This document shows, piece by piece, positions 19,670-27,701 of a stretch of 64,000 nt of DNA (position 1 is the stretch's first letter; every line of letters begins with the position of its first letter). A program made the position numbers and the translations under genes. The notes under the pieces are model-generated. The model was given only the letters and a program-made list of their open reading frames with translations. It had not been told where the DNA came from and ran no database searches. The stretch is taken from positions 90,942-154,941 of the forward strand of contig LCGL01000003.1 in the NCBI GenBank assembly GCA_000999715.1, in the 5' to 3' direction. This DNA comes from Candidatus Falkowbacteria bacterium GW2011_GWF2_43_32 (GTDB lineage Bacteria > Patescibacteriota > Patescibacteriia > Patescibacteriales > UBA12465).

Positions 19670-19852
19670 TTATAATTCTTCGTCCGATTGCTCCAATCTT
19701 TTCTTGTGTCGAGGCGCTTTCAACTTGGCGCTTAAATGGACTTTACCGAGTGTCGGAAAGGCTTGTTTCTTTTCCCACACGGCGCGCCCCAGGCCGCGCA
19801 CGACGGCCCGATTCAAATCGCTCTTCTTTAATGTAATGACTTGTTTTTTCAT
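19670..19852 (-). CDS. Small basic hypothetical protein (60 aa)
   Basis: MKKQVITLKKSDLNRAVVRGLGRAVWEKKQAFPTLGKVHLSAKLKAPRHKKRLEQSDEEL. Same strand as its neighbours and starts 4 nt after the tRNA-Val 3' end. No family recognised. An equally long + strand ORF (19662..19865) overlaps it, so coding status is uncertain. Confidence 0.35.
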   Translation of the reverse strand: MKKQVITLKKSDLNRAVVRGLGRAVWEKKQAFPTLGKVHLSAKLKAPRHKKRLEQSDEEL

Positions 19853-19855
19853 GTG

Positions 19856-19929
19856 TGGTCGTTAGTGGATTCGAACCACTGACCTCCGCGATGTGAACGC
19901 GGCGCTCTAACCAGCTGAGCCAAACGACC
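19856..19929 (-). tRNA. tRNA-Val (anticodon CAC)
   Basis: The reverse complement folds as a cloverleaf. Acceptor GGTCGTT/AACGACC, D arm GCTC-AGCTGGTTA-GAGC, anticodon stem CCGCG/CGCGG with loop TTCACAT, T arm AGTGG-TTCGAAT-CCACT, discriminator A. No encoded CCA. Confidence 0.9.
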
Positions 19930-19939
19930 GTTCGCCGTG

Positions 19940-20023
19940 TGCCCGGAGGGGGATTTGAACCCCCATGGGATTACTCCCGCAGCGTTCTGAACACTGTGTG
20001 TCTACCAATTTCACCATCCGGGC
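19940..20023 (-). tRNA. tRNA-Leu (anticodon CAG), class II with long variable arm
   Basis: Reverse complement: acceptor GCCCGGA/TCCGGGC, D arm GTG-AAATTGGTAGA-CAC, anticodon stem CAGTG/CGCTG with loop TTCAGAA, variable arm CGGGAGTAATCCCAT, T arm GGGGG-TTCAAAT-CCCCC, discriminator A. Confidence 0.9.
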
Positions 20024-20044
20024 GGTCTTTAACCGCCTAAAACT

Positions 20045-20050
20045 ATTATA
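20045..20050 (-). promoter_or_regulatory. Possible -10 box (TATAAT) for the tRNA-Leu/tRNA-Val transcript
   Basis: The complement of attata at 20045-20050 is TATAAT, 22 nt upstream of the tRNA-Leu 5' end. No convincing -35. Confidence 0.3.
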
Positions 20051-20190
20051 ACCCATAATAATTTCTAAATACAGCTTGCCATAGAATTAATGGCTTGTAA
20101 ACCAAGCAATTTGACAAAAATTTTAAGTTATGACAGACTATATCACATACACAGTACCTTATACATATTGTTTAACTTAATTTTTTTGCA

Positions 20191-20355
20191 ATGAGCGGAA
20201 AAAATCAAATGAGGAAAACGGTTCCTGACAGTTCAAAGTTAAGGAGAGTGCCGGTAAAATCAACTCTATCTGAAGAAGATCATTGTTTGACCAGTTATCA
20301 ACTAGAAAAACTCAACCAACCGCCGGAGCGCAAAGGCAAACCGCGTTGGGATTAA
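20191..20355 (+). CDS. Possible small ORF (54 aa), below the ORF-track cutoff; alternatively a small RNA
   Basis: Hand translation gives MSGKNQMRKTVPDSSKLRRVPVKSTLSEEDHCLTSYQLEKLNQPPERKGKPRWD*. A strong terminator hairpin follows 32 nt downstream. No family recognised. Confidence 0.3.
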   Translation: MSGKNQMRKTVPDSSKLRRVPVKSTLSEEDHCLTSYQLEKLNQPPERKGKPRWD

Positions 20356-20386
20356 AAACATTTTTAAAAATTTAAGTTAGCCTAAG

Positions 20387-20410
20387 CCGGTCGGTCCCCG
20401 ACCGGTTTTT
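20387..20410 (+). terminator. Rho-independent terminator
   Basis: ccggtcgg (20387-20394), a short loop, then ccgaccgg (20398-20405), followed by ttttt (20406-20410). Confidence 0.6.
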
Positions 20411-20414
20411 ATTA

Positions 20415-20423
20415 TGCTATAAT
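20415..20423 (+). promoter_or_regulatory. Extended -10 promoter (TGcTATAAT) for rnhB, implying a leaderless or near-leaderless mRNA
   Basis: tgctataat lies at 20415-20423 and the rnhB ATG is at 20432, only 8 nt after the -10 hexamer. Confidence 0.35.
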
Positions 20424-20431
20424 CAAAACAT

Positions 20432-21058
20432 ATGCTGGACCTGGCCACAGAACAACAATATTTCAATCGCGGCTATAAATTCGTCGGCGGTGTGGACGAA
20501 GCCGGCCGCGGTCCCCTGGCCGGACCGGTAGTGGCCGCTTGCGTGGTCATCGGTCCGGATTTTAAAATTGACGATGCCGATCTGGCGCTGGTGGCCGATT
20601 CCAAAAAATTAACGGCCGCTCGGCGAGAAAAACTGTTCGGCGTTATCAAGGCCAAAGCTCTGGCAGTGGAAATCGGCGTGGTTGATAACGAAATAATCGA
20701 TAAAATAAACATCCTCCAAGCCAGTTTTCTGGCCATGCGCCGGGCAATCAAAAAGCTGGCGGTAGAACCGGACTATATTTTAACCGACGGCAAATTCAAA
20801 ATCCCCAAGTTAAACAAACCGCAAAGCGCCATCATCGGCGGCGACGCCACCATCTGGACTATCGCCGCGGCCTCTATCATCGCCAAAGTCAGTCGTGATT
20901 GGCTGATGTCGGAGATGGACAAAAAATATCCGGAATATTTATTCGCGAAACATAAGGGCTACGGGACTAAACTGCATCTGGAAAAGATAAACACTTACGG
21001 CCCCTGCCCCATCCATCGGCGCAGTTTTGCCCCGATCAAAAACTTCCGAAACAAATAA
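20432..21058 (+). CDS. rnhB: Ribonuclease HII
   Basis: 208 aa. GVDEAGRGPLAGPVVAACV active-site motif, plus the DSKKL and GYG...H pattern. Confidence 0.95.
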   Translation: MLDLATEQQYFNRGYKFVGGVDEAGRGPLAGPVVAACVVIGPDFKIDDADLALVADSKKLTAARREKLFGVIKAKALAVEIGVVDNEIIDKINILQASFLAMRRAIKKLAVEPDYILTDGKFKIPKLNKPQSAIIGGDATIWTIAAASIIAKVSRDWLMSEMDKKYPEYLFAKHKGYGTKLHLEKINTYGPCPIHRRSFAPIKNFRNK

Positions 21059-21081
21059 AATTATTTTCCCGTCTGACAACC

Positions 21082-21113
21082 AAAAGACCCGCCGATTGCC
21101 GGCGGGTCTTTTT
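21082..21113. terminator. Bidirectional rho-independent terminator shared by rnhB (+) and the 2075-aa gene (-)
   Basis: Perfect 13-bp stem aaaagacccgccg (21082-21094), loop attgc, cggcgggtctttt (21100-21112). Identical copy at 27703-27733. Confidence 0.7.
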
Positions 21114-21135
21114 GCTATATCTTGAGAATCAATAA

Positions 21136-21255
21136 TTATTCCACGTCTTCTACGCTAATCTGGCGCAGGTTATCGTTAGTGATACCCAAACCGAGATTGC
21201 GCATAATGGCGAAAGCGTCAGCCGGGCGACCCAGATAATTCAGCTTGAGATCAAG
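21136..21255 (-). pseudogene. Out-of-frame remnant of the last 39 codons of the surface-anchor module (cut off by a 2-bp indel)
   Basis: Reads LDLKLNYLGRPADAFAIMRNLGLGITNDNLRQISVEDVE*, identical in protein sequence to the C-terminus of the 499-aa paralogue. It lies in a different frame from the 2075-aa ORF, which stops at 21251-21253. Confidence 0.6.
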
Positions 21256-24200
21256 CCAGAATCCGGCCGGCTAATCGGGACGGAGCTTTTCCATTCCAAG
21301 ACGAATAGTCCTTCTCGCTTACGCCTAATCCGAGACCGCGCATGATGCCGAAGGCATCGGCCGGACGACCAAGGTAATACTTGGCCAAATTCAACGGATT
21401 GACATACCAGGCTTCGCCTTTTTCTTGGACCTGCAAAAGGATGCGACCGACGAGACGCTTGGCCAAAGTTTGATTTATTTTTTTAACCAAATTTTTCTCT
21501 AAAGCAACAAAACTCGCTGTATTGGAACCACCGGAAGTCAGTCCTTCACCGGTTACAGTTACCGCCGGAATTGTAGCTTGTTCCGCAGTACCGCAAACTT
21601 TCTTAGTCGCTTCCTGCTGAGCCGTCGTTAAAGTGCAGTTAGCCGGAGCGCGAGAAGTAACATCACGATATTGATAACCGTTAAAGCAACCGGCGGCATA
21701 ATCTCCATAGACAACACTGGCGCAAACCGGAGCGGCCGCAACGCCGCCACCTCCGCCCCCGGCGCTACTAGTCGCACCGGAAACCGCGCTGGAAACGGCA
21801 CTCTCGCCGAAATCATTCAAAGCGCTAATCTTATAATAATAAGTTGCGCCGGCACTTAAACCGCTATCGTCATAAGTAACGGTTGCGCCGGAAGCAACCG
21901 TCGGTTCATCGCCGATTCTACTATAGGTGCCACCGGAAGAAGTACTGCGATAAAGGTCATAACTGGTTGCTCCGTCCAAAGCCGTCCAAGTTAAAGTCAT
22001 GCCGGTTGAGCCGCTGGCAGCCGCAGCCAAGCCGGTCGGTGCCGAATCCGGCGCCTGAGCATGCGTCGGTAAATTAGGGGCAAACAAAGAAAAGTGAGTA
22101 GTTACGCCTTTAATCTTTACGGCCCAACCCTCGTCGTTATCAGCCAACTCGGCGTAAGTGGTCGCCGTATCCGGACTAAAAACCACTGTGCTGGGAAGCT
22201 CTACCCAAGAACTGTTGGACTCATCCCAATAAGAAAATTTGAGCGCTTGAACTTGCGCTAAAGTCGGGCTAGCGATATCTAGATCGCTAAAAGCGGTGTC
22301 CAATTCATCTGCGGTATAAGTAATCTCTAAAGTGACCGAATCGTTCAAATTAGTGATGGCCGTATTGTTAGAATCGCTGGCCGTAATCTGAATACCCTTG
22401 CCACCCAAAGGCTTGGCCGAGGCCGTGGTCATCACATTAGTCGTTTGTCGAATATTGGTTGTGCCGGCCGAAGAACCTGATCCCAAAGCATTGGCCGGAA
22501 TAGTCATTTTAACACCCATTTCCGGCGCATCGACTGTACCGCCCTGATTAGGCGTAATCGGTTTGCTCTTAGGCGCCTTCAAGGTTACCACCGTCGTCAA
22601 AGTAATATTGACTCCGGCCTGATTGGCGCTGATTGTCAGGGGGTTAGAAGCATAATTGGCCTCCTGATAACCATTGGCGATGGCGGAAATATTCCAAGAA
22701 CCGTCAATTAAATTTAAAGTGTAGGTACCGTCTGCCTGCGCTTGAGTGCCAACTACTAAATTATCCGAAGTTCTTACGGCACGAACAAAGGCATCCGCCA
22801 TCCCTGTTGCCCCGACTAAAACCGAACCGGTCACGGTTTTATCGGCGGCCGTCATCGTCAAGTTTTTCGTCGCCGCCGCGGCAACGGTAATCGTTTCCAC
22901 CGCACCGACATAACCCGGTTTCATGGGCATAATATCATAGGATCCGGCCGGGACGGATAAAGTATAATCCGGATTGCTCGCCGTACTGGCGATGGCACCG
23001 AAACGCGCTCCCGTGGTCCGGTTGGCAATTTCCACCCAAACATTATCTATTGGATTAGCGCCGTCGCTAACATTGCCGGAAATAGCGAACAAAGCCGGTA
23101 AAGTAATGTTGACCATTTCATTGCCATTGACAGTTAAAGTATTACCGACAACCGTCGTATTTACATCGGCGGCCGTATAGACTAATTGTCGGCCATCAAT
23201 GCCGGGAATATTGGCCTGGATAGTATAAGAGCCGTCCGGCATACTCAGAGTGCCGCCGGAAGCGTTTTTAATACGAGTATGGTTACCAAAATTATTAGTG
23301 TTATCAAACAAATCAACGAAAGCTTCGCTAACGACCTTAGCGGCACCGGTAGAATCTTTAATGGCAAAAGTAATTATTCGCTGACTGCCTTTAGTAAAAT
23401 TAACCGTCCTATTGGCGCTCGTGGCATCGGTGTTTTGCGAAGCGAACTCTCCATAATCCGGATGGAAAGCGAAAAGACGAAAACTGCCGGCCGGCACAGT
23501 TAAGGAATAAGCGCCGTTCGCATCGGTCGTAGCATCGGAAAAACGATAAACTCCGCCGACCTGACCCTCGGCATGAACAAAGGCATTGGCGATATTGCCG
23601 ACACCGGTGACAGAAATCGTTCCGGAAATCGTACGATAAGTTTCGCCGGTATTGGCCGGAGAAAAATTAATATTGGCCTGACTGGCGCTGGCAATAGTCA
23701 CGCTTTGTTCCGGCAAAGGTCCGTAACCGGGCAGATAAGTTCCAACTTTCCAAGCGCCATTATCAACATATAAAGTATATTTACCATCAACGCCGGTCTG
23801 GGTGCCGGTATTACCCGGCCCATCCGTACGATACGACCAAACACCGGCATTCTGAACCACATTACCGTTTACATCAGTCACCGTCCCGGTAATCGTGTAG
23901 CCCGGTTTCTTTAAAATTACTTTAAAATCGGAGTTAGCCATCGCCGTAATATCGGCCACAGTTTGCGTGCCGTCCACATACAAAGCACTACCGATTATTT
24001 CTATTGACGATTCGCGAGAAGACGGCATGCCCTGAACATTAGCTCCGACTTTATATTTGCCGGCGACTAAATTTAAAGTAAACTTGCCATTGGCATCGGC
24101 TTGAGCAAAAGTACCGAAACCGCCTTGCGGGTCATAAGCAAAAATATCGGCGTTAGCAATAGCCTTGGTACCGGATTCGTCGGTCACGGTTCCCTTCAAA

Positions 24201-27200
24201 CTTTTATCGGCCGTGGTCAGCGCGAAAGTCAATTCACAATCATCGGCCGTCCCTTCAATAGTACACTTCGGCGTATCGGCGGCCACCACTTTGACATTGA
24301 GATTTCTGGGAATAACATAATTCGGTTGCGTCATCATGCCGGAAGCCAAACCTTTAGGCATTTGCGGACCGACGCCGACAAACCAATTGCCGTCGCCCAA
24401 ATTCAAAGTCGTACTGCCGTCGCCCGAACCGTCCAAAATTATTTCCTTGACCTTAAAACTGGAAGAATTATTGGCAAACACATCCAAAGGTTCATTGGCC
24501 GGGCCGGTGACCGTAATAACCACCGGACTCGTTCCGACACTATCCTTATTCAAGGTGATTTCGTATTCTAAATTGGCGGATAGTCTAATCTGCTGTGGCG
24601 GATTGATTCCCACATAATCCACACTATTGAGCGTAACCAAGGGGTCGGTAAAAATATAGTATTCACCATCGGAAAGGTTGGTAAAAGTAGCCGTGGCTTC
24701 ATGGCTGGTGCCGGCGGCGTTAAAGGCGTCCGTGGCCTTTTCTATCTTACCGGTCATGGGCGAACCCAAATAAATATTAACCGTATCGGCGGCGGCGTCA
24801 TTGCCAACACCGATTTCCGCCGTTACCGTCAGAGTTCGCGAACCGCCGGCGGAAATAAAGAAGGGCGAAGTCGTGATTTCTTCCAGAACCGTTCCGGCGG
24901 CATTTTTGGTTTTAACGCCAATCGTATAACCGTCGGTTGTCCAGTCCTTGGCAATTGAAGAATTGACAATGCCGGCCACATCAAGATTCAGAAAATCATG
25001 TTCATCTTCTCCGACTTTATTGGTCGCAGCCGAAAGCGTAATCGTTATGGTCCGCGCCGTACTGTCCACAATAATTCCATCGTCGGCCAAAGCGCCGCGC
25101 GTCGCCGCATCGCCGCCGTCGGCAGTATCGCCGGTAACCGTCGCGCCGCCGCCGCAAGAAGTACCTCCGGCCGCAGTCAAACATTTAAAAGTCGGCGTAC
25201 CGGATCCGGGGCCGTTCATATCCGCGCCCGACGGACTGTTAACGTCTTGTTTGGCGCCGGCCACCGTAAAACCGGCCGGAAAAGTTAAAATTATTTTTCC
25301 GCCGGCATCAATCTGTTTGGAAATCGGCAAATTCATGTTATAAATTGAAGTTTGCCCGGCTAAAGAATTAAGCGGATGAGCTTGACCTTGCGGCACGTAA
25401 CCGAAACTGTCGGAACTGAAACTGTCCGGCATAAACCCGGTATTACTTCCGACCATACCGCCACCCATCATCCCGTCCATCATCTGTTCTTCAATCGGCC
25501 CAAGTAAAGAATTAAACGGCGGCGTACCGGTACCGGGCAAATCCGTGCCGTTTAAACCCTTCACGTTGGAAAGCACCAATTGAAAATCGTTAACAATTTT
25601 AGTCAAAGTCAATCCTTCAATAATCAAACGGCGACCCATGGCGTCATAAGATAACATGGCGCTATCTAAACCAACCGCCGCCCAACCGGAAACATCCGTT
25701 CCTTTCTCCCCTTGTTTAACGGCAATATTACTCTTGTTAACCACACTATTAGTACCATTGGGTACGGCGTTCATCGGAATATTAAAATCCGCTTCTATTC
25801 TAAAATCATTACCTATTCCACCGATAATCTGCGGCACAAGAGCGGCGTCGGCCACACCGTCGCCGGTGGTGAAAGCTTGCGTCTTTAAAGTCAAAGCATG
25901 CGCGTCCGAAGTCAAATCCGTTACTGCCGTATTAGCCGTTAAAGTATAGCCGGTACTAGCACTTAAGGCTACGCTAGGTATAAAAGAAATGGCCCTAGAA
26001 AAAGGATCATATTCCACATCACCGGCTACCGGCGTATTATCGGAGGTCTTTTTCAAAGTGACGCTATTACCGTTCACCGAGTCCGGATCCAAAGACTCGC
26101 TGGCAAACAAGTCTAAAGTGCCGGGGATAATGGAACAACTAATCCAATCAGTATCGCAACCGGGAATAAAAATATTGTTTATTGTCGGCGCATCGGTATC
26201 CGCTCCGGTACCGGTCTGAAAATCATTCATATACGCCGTGCCTGTCGTATCACCGGGATTCATCGGTACGTTATCTTGGCTTTCCACGCCACCCAGGACT
26301 CTAAGCTGGTATTTTGTACTGGCCGTTAAGCCGCCGGACTTGCTGATCTTAACCACGTCGCCGGTCTGATTATAACCAATAGTTAACCCGGTTACTTCCG
26401 TAGCCGTGCCATCCAAACTCAAAGAATATAATTTTATATTGGTACCGGTGAGCGTGCCGGTGTTCATGGGTTTGGAAAAGCGAATCACAATTAAAGTATT
26501 GGTCGGAATATTAAAAGCGCCACCGGACGGTTGCGAACCCATTACAAACGGCGGAAAAAACGCTCCTTCCCCCGACAAACAATCATCGCCTACACACCCG
26601 CCCCCACCGGTAGAAAAAGGAATAGAATAATAACTATTGCCATAATTACCGTTCACCGGCTGAGAAGCGGCATTTCTGACCGCGCCGGTAACAATTAAAG
26701 TTATCGGAGAATTACTCGGCAAAGCATCGGCCGGAATAAAGACACCGAGATTATCTCCGTTTGGACAAGGCATTTCCAAACCACCATTAGCAATAGTATC
26801 AGCACAAGCGGCAGTAGTAGCATAATATCTAACCGCACCGGCAATTTTAGTCGTACCGTCGGACGTTAAATAAACATTATCATGAATTCCGTCCGTGGCA
26901 TCCGTATCGGTAATAGAGTCGGCATTCATTGCCTGATTGAGCCCAAAAAAGACGAAAAACGGTCCTTCGGCGCTACCGGTCGGCACATTAGTCATGCCGG
27001 CGCCGGGGCCGGTAAAAACAATACTCGGATTGGACGAAGGCACGCTAGAAGTCAACAACAAAGCATCGGTCGCGCCGGCGTTATCGACCATGTCTAAAAC
27101 CGTATTCTTTAACGCCAAGGTTGAAGGCGTCCCGTCCACATCTTCCGCGGCCACATTGTCGCTTAAAACCACGGTCGCTGAGGCGGTGCCGGTCGTATGA

Positions 27201-27478
27201 ACGACACTACTGATAGTTTTGGCGCCGCCGGAATTATCGGTAAACGTTAAATTAGAGGCCGCAACCGCGCCACCGGCGCCCACTTGAACATTTTCCGAAA
27301 AATAAACAGTTAAGTTCGGGGAACCGATAGTCGCAACTACCGATTGGATGGTCGGACCGGTTTCGTCAACGGCTAAAGCCGCCTTCGGACCGCTTAATTG
27401 CGGGCCAACGGCCCAAACCGCAACAGCGACAATCAAGCCTAAAAATGCCGGACTGAAGAACAATTTTTTAAATCTCAT
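21251..27478 (-). CDS. Giant cell-surface protein (2075 aa): S-layer/adhesin-like
   Basis: Signal/anchor MRFKKLFFSPAFLGLIVAVAVWAV. SbsA-Ig-like segments (DETGPTIQSVVATIG...VYFSENVQ; FNIPTNTLIVIRFSKPMN). About six CarboxypepD_reg-like beta-sandwich repeats (for example GTVTDESGTKAIANADIFAY...ANGKFTLNLVAGKYKV). An FN3-like domain (MTLTWTALDGATSYDLYRS...ATYYYKISALNDFGES). A Gly6 linker, a 4-Cys domain and a GRILLQV...GEAWYVNP...YYLGRPADAF tail. Confidence 0.9.
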   Translation of the reverse strand: MRFKKLFFSPAFLGLIVAVAVWAVGPQLSGPKAALAVDETGPTIQSVVATIGSPNLTVYFSENVQVGAGGAVAASNLTFTDNSGGAKTISSVVHTTGTASATVVLSDNVAAEDVDGTPSTLALKNTVLDMVDNAGATDALLLTSSVPSSNPSIVFTGPGAGMTNVPTGSAEGPFFVFFGLNQAMNADSITDTDATDGIHDNVYLTSDGTTKIAGAVRYYATTAACADTIANGGLEMPCPNGDNLGVFIPADALPSNSPITLIVTGAVRNAASQPVNGNYGNSYYSIPFSTGGGGCVGDDCLSGEGAFFPPFVMGSQPSGGAFNIPTNTLIVIRFSKPMNTGTLTGTNIKLYSLSLDGTATEVTGLTIGYNQTGDVVKISKSGGLTASTKYQLRVLGGVESQDNVPMNPGDTTGTAYMNDFQTGTGADTDAPTINNIFIPGCDTDWISCSIIPGTLDLFASESLDPDSVNGNSVTLKKTSDNTPVAGDVEYDPFSRAISFIPSVALSASTGYTLTANTAVTDLTSDAHALTLKTQAFTTGDGVADAALVPQIIGGIGNDFRIEADFNIPMNAVPNGTNSVVNKSNIAVKQGEKGTDVSGWAAVGLDSAMLSYDAMGRRLIIEGLTLTKIVNDFQLVLSNVKGLNGTDLPGTGTPPFNSLLGPIEEQMMDGMMGGGMVGSNTGFMPDSFSSDSFGYVPQGQAHPLNSLAGQTSIYNMNLPISKQIDAGGKIILTFPAGFTVAGAKQDVNSPSGADMNGPGSGTPTFKCLTAAGGTSCGGGATVTGDTADGGDAATRGALADDGIIVDSTARTITITLSAATNKVGEDEHDFLNLDVAGIVNSSIAKDWTTDGYTIGVKTKNAAGTVLEEITTSPFFISAGGSRTLTVTAEIGVGNDAAADTVNIYLGSPMTGKIEKATDAFNAAGTSHEATATFTNLSDGEYYIFTDPLVTLNSVDYVGINPPQQIRLSANLEYEITLNKDSVGTSPVVITVTGPANEPLDVFANNSSSFKVKEIILDGSGDGSTTLNLGDGNWFVGVGPQMPKGLASGMMTQPNYVIPRNLNVKVVAADTPKCTIEGTADDCELTFALTTADKSLKGTVTDESGTKAIANADIFAYDPQGGFGTFAQADANGKFTLNLVAGKYKVGANVQGMPSSRESSIEIIGSALYVDGTQTVADITAMANSDFKVILKKPGYTITGTVTDVNGNVVQNAGVWSYRTDGPGNTGTQTGVDGKYTLYVDNGAWKVGTYLPGYGPLPEQSVTIASASQANINFSPANTGETYRTISGTISVTGVGNIANAFVHAEGQVGGVYRFSDATTDANGAYSLTVPAGSFRLFAFHPDYGEFASQNTDATSANRTVNFTKGSQRIITFAIKDSTGAAKVVSEAFVDLFDNTNNFGNHTRIKNASGGTLSMPDGSYTIQANIPGIDGRQLVYTAADVNTTVVGNTLTVNGNEMVNITLPALFAISGNVSDGANPIDNVWVEIANRTTGARFGAIASTASNPDYTLSVPAGSYDIMPMKPGYVGAVETITVAAAATKNLTMTAADKTVTGSVLVGATGMADAFVRAVRTSDNLVVGTQAQADGTYTLNLIDGSWNISAIANGYQEANYASNPLTISANQAGVNITLTTVVTLKAPKSKPITPNQGGTVDAPEMGVKMTIPANALGSGSSAGTTNIRQTTNVMTTASAKPLGGKGIQITASDSNNTAITNLNDSVTLEITYTADELDTAFSDLDIASPTLAQVQALKFSYWDESNSSWVELPSTVVFSPDTATTYAELADNDEGWAVKIKGVTTHFSLFAPNLPTHAQAPDSAPTGLAAAASGSTGMTLTWTALDGATSYDLYRSTSSGGTYSRIGDEPTVASGATVTYDDSGLSAGATYYYKISALNDFGESAVSSAVSGATSSAGGGGGGVAAAPVCASVVYGDYAAGCFNGYQYRDVTSRAPANCTLTTAQQEATKKVCGTAEQATIPAVTVTGEGLTSGGSNTASFVALEKNLVKKINQTLAKRLVGRILLQVQEKGEAWYVNPLNLAKYYLGRPADAFGIMRGLGLGVSEKDYSSWNGKAPSRLAGRILA

Positions 27479-27504
27479 AGAGTTGGATTTAATTTTTTAA
27501 ATTA

Positions 27505-27535
27505 TAATAAAAAAAACCATTTAAACAATGGTTTT
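27505..27535 (-). terminator. Terminator-like hairpin in the region upstream of the giant gene
   Basis: The minus strand reads aaaaccat-tgtttaa-atggtttt followed by a run of 8 T. It lies between an upstream TGTTATAAT and a second TATAAT (complement of 27501-27506) that sits 23 nt before the ATG. Confidence 0.4.
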
Positions 27536-27701
27536 AAAAATAACAAAAAATCTCCTCAACGGTTTTCTGCGGATCATTTCTTAATGCAAAATTTATGAAA
27601 AATGATGACATTATAACAAAGCTTATATTGAATAAGCCTTTACTTAAATAAGTATAGCAAAAGTGAAAAATAGTGGCAAACGAACCGGGTAACCCTCATT
27701 A

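Larger units (their letters stand above)
21081..21418. repeat. Direct repeat copy 1 (338 bp): terminator plus 3' coding end of the giant surface-protein gene
   Basis: Base-by-base comparison with 27702-28041 shows three substitutions (21157 a/g, 21293 a/g, 21326 t/c) and one 2-bp indel. Sequence to the left is unrelated. To the right identity drops to diverged-paralogue level. Confidence 0.9.
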
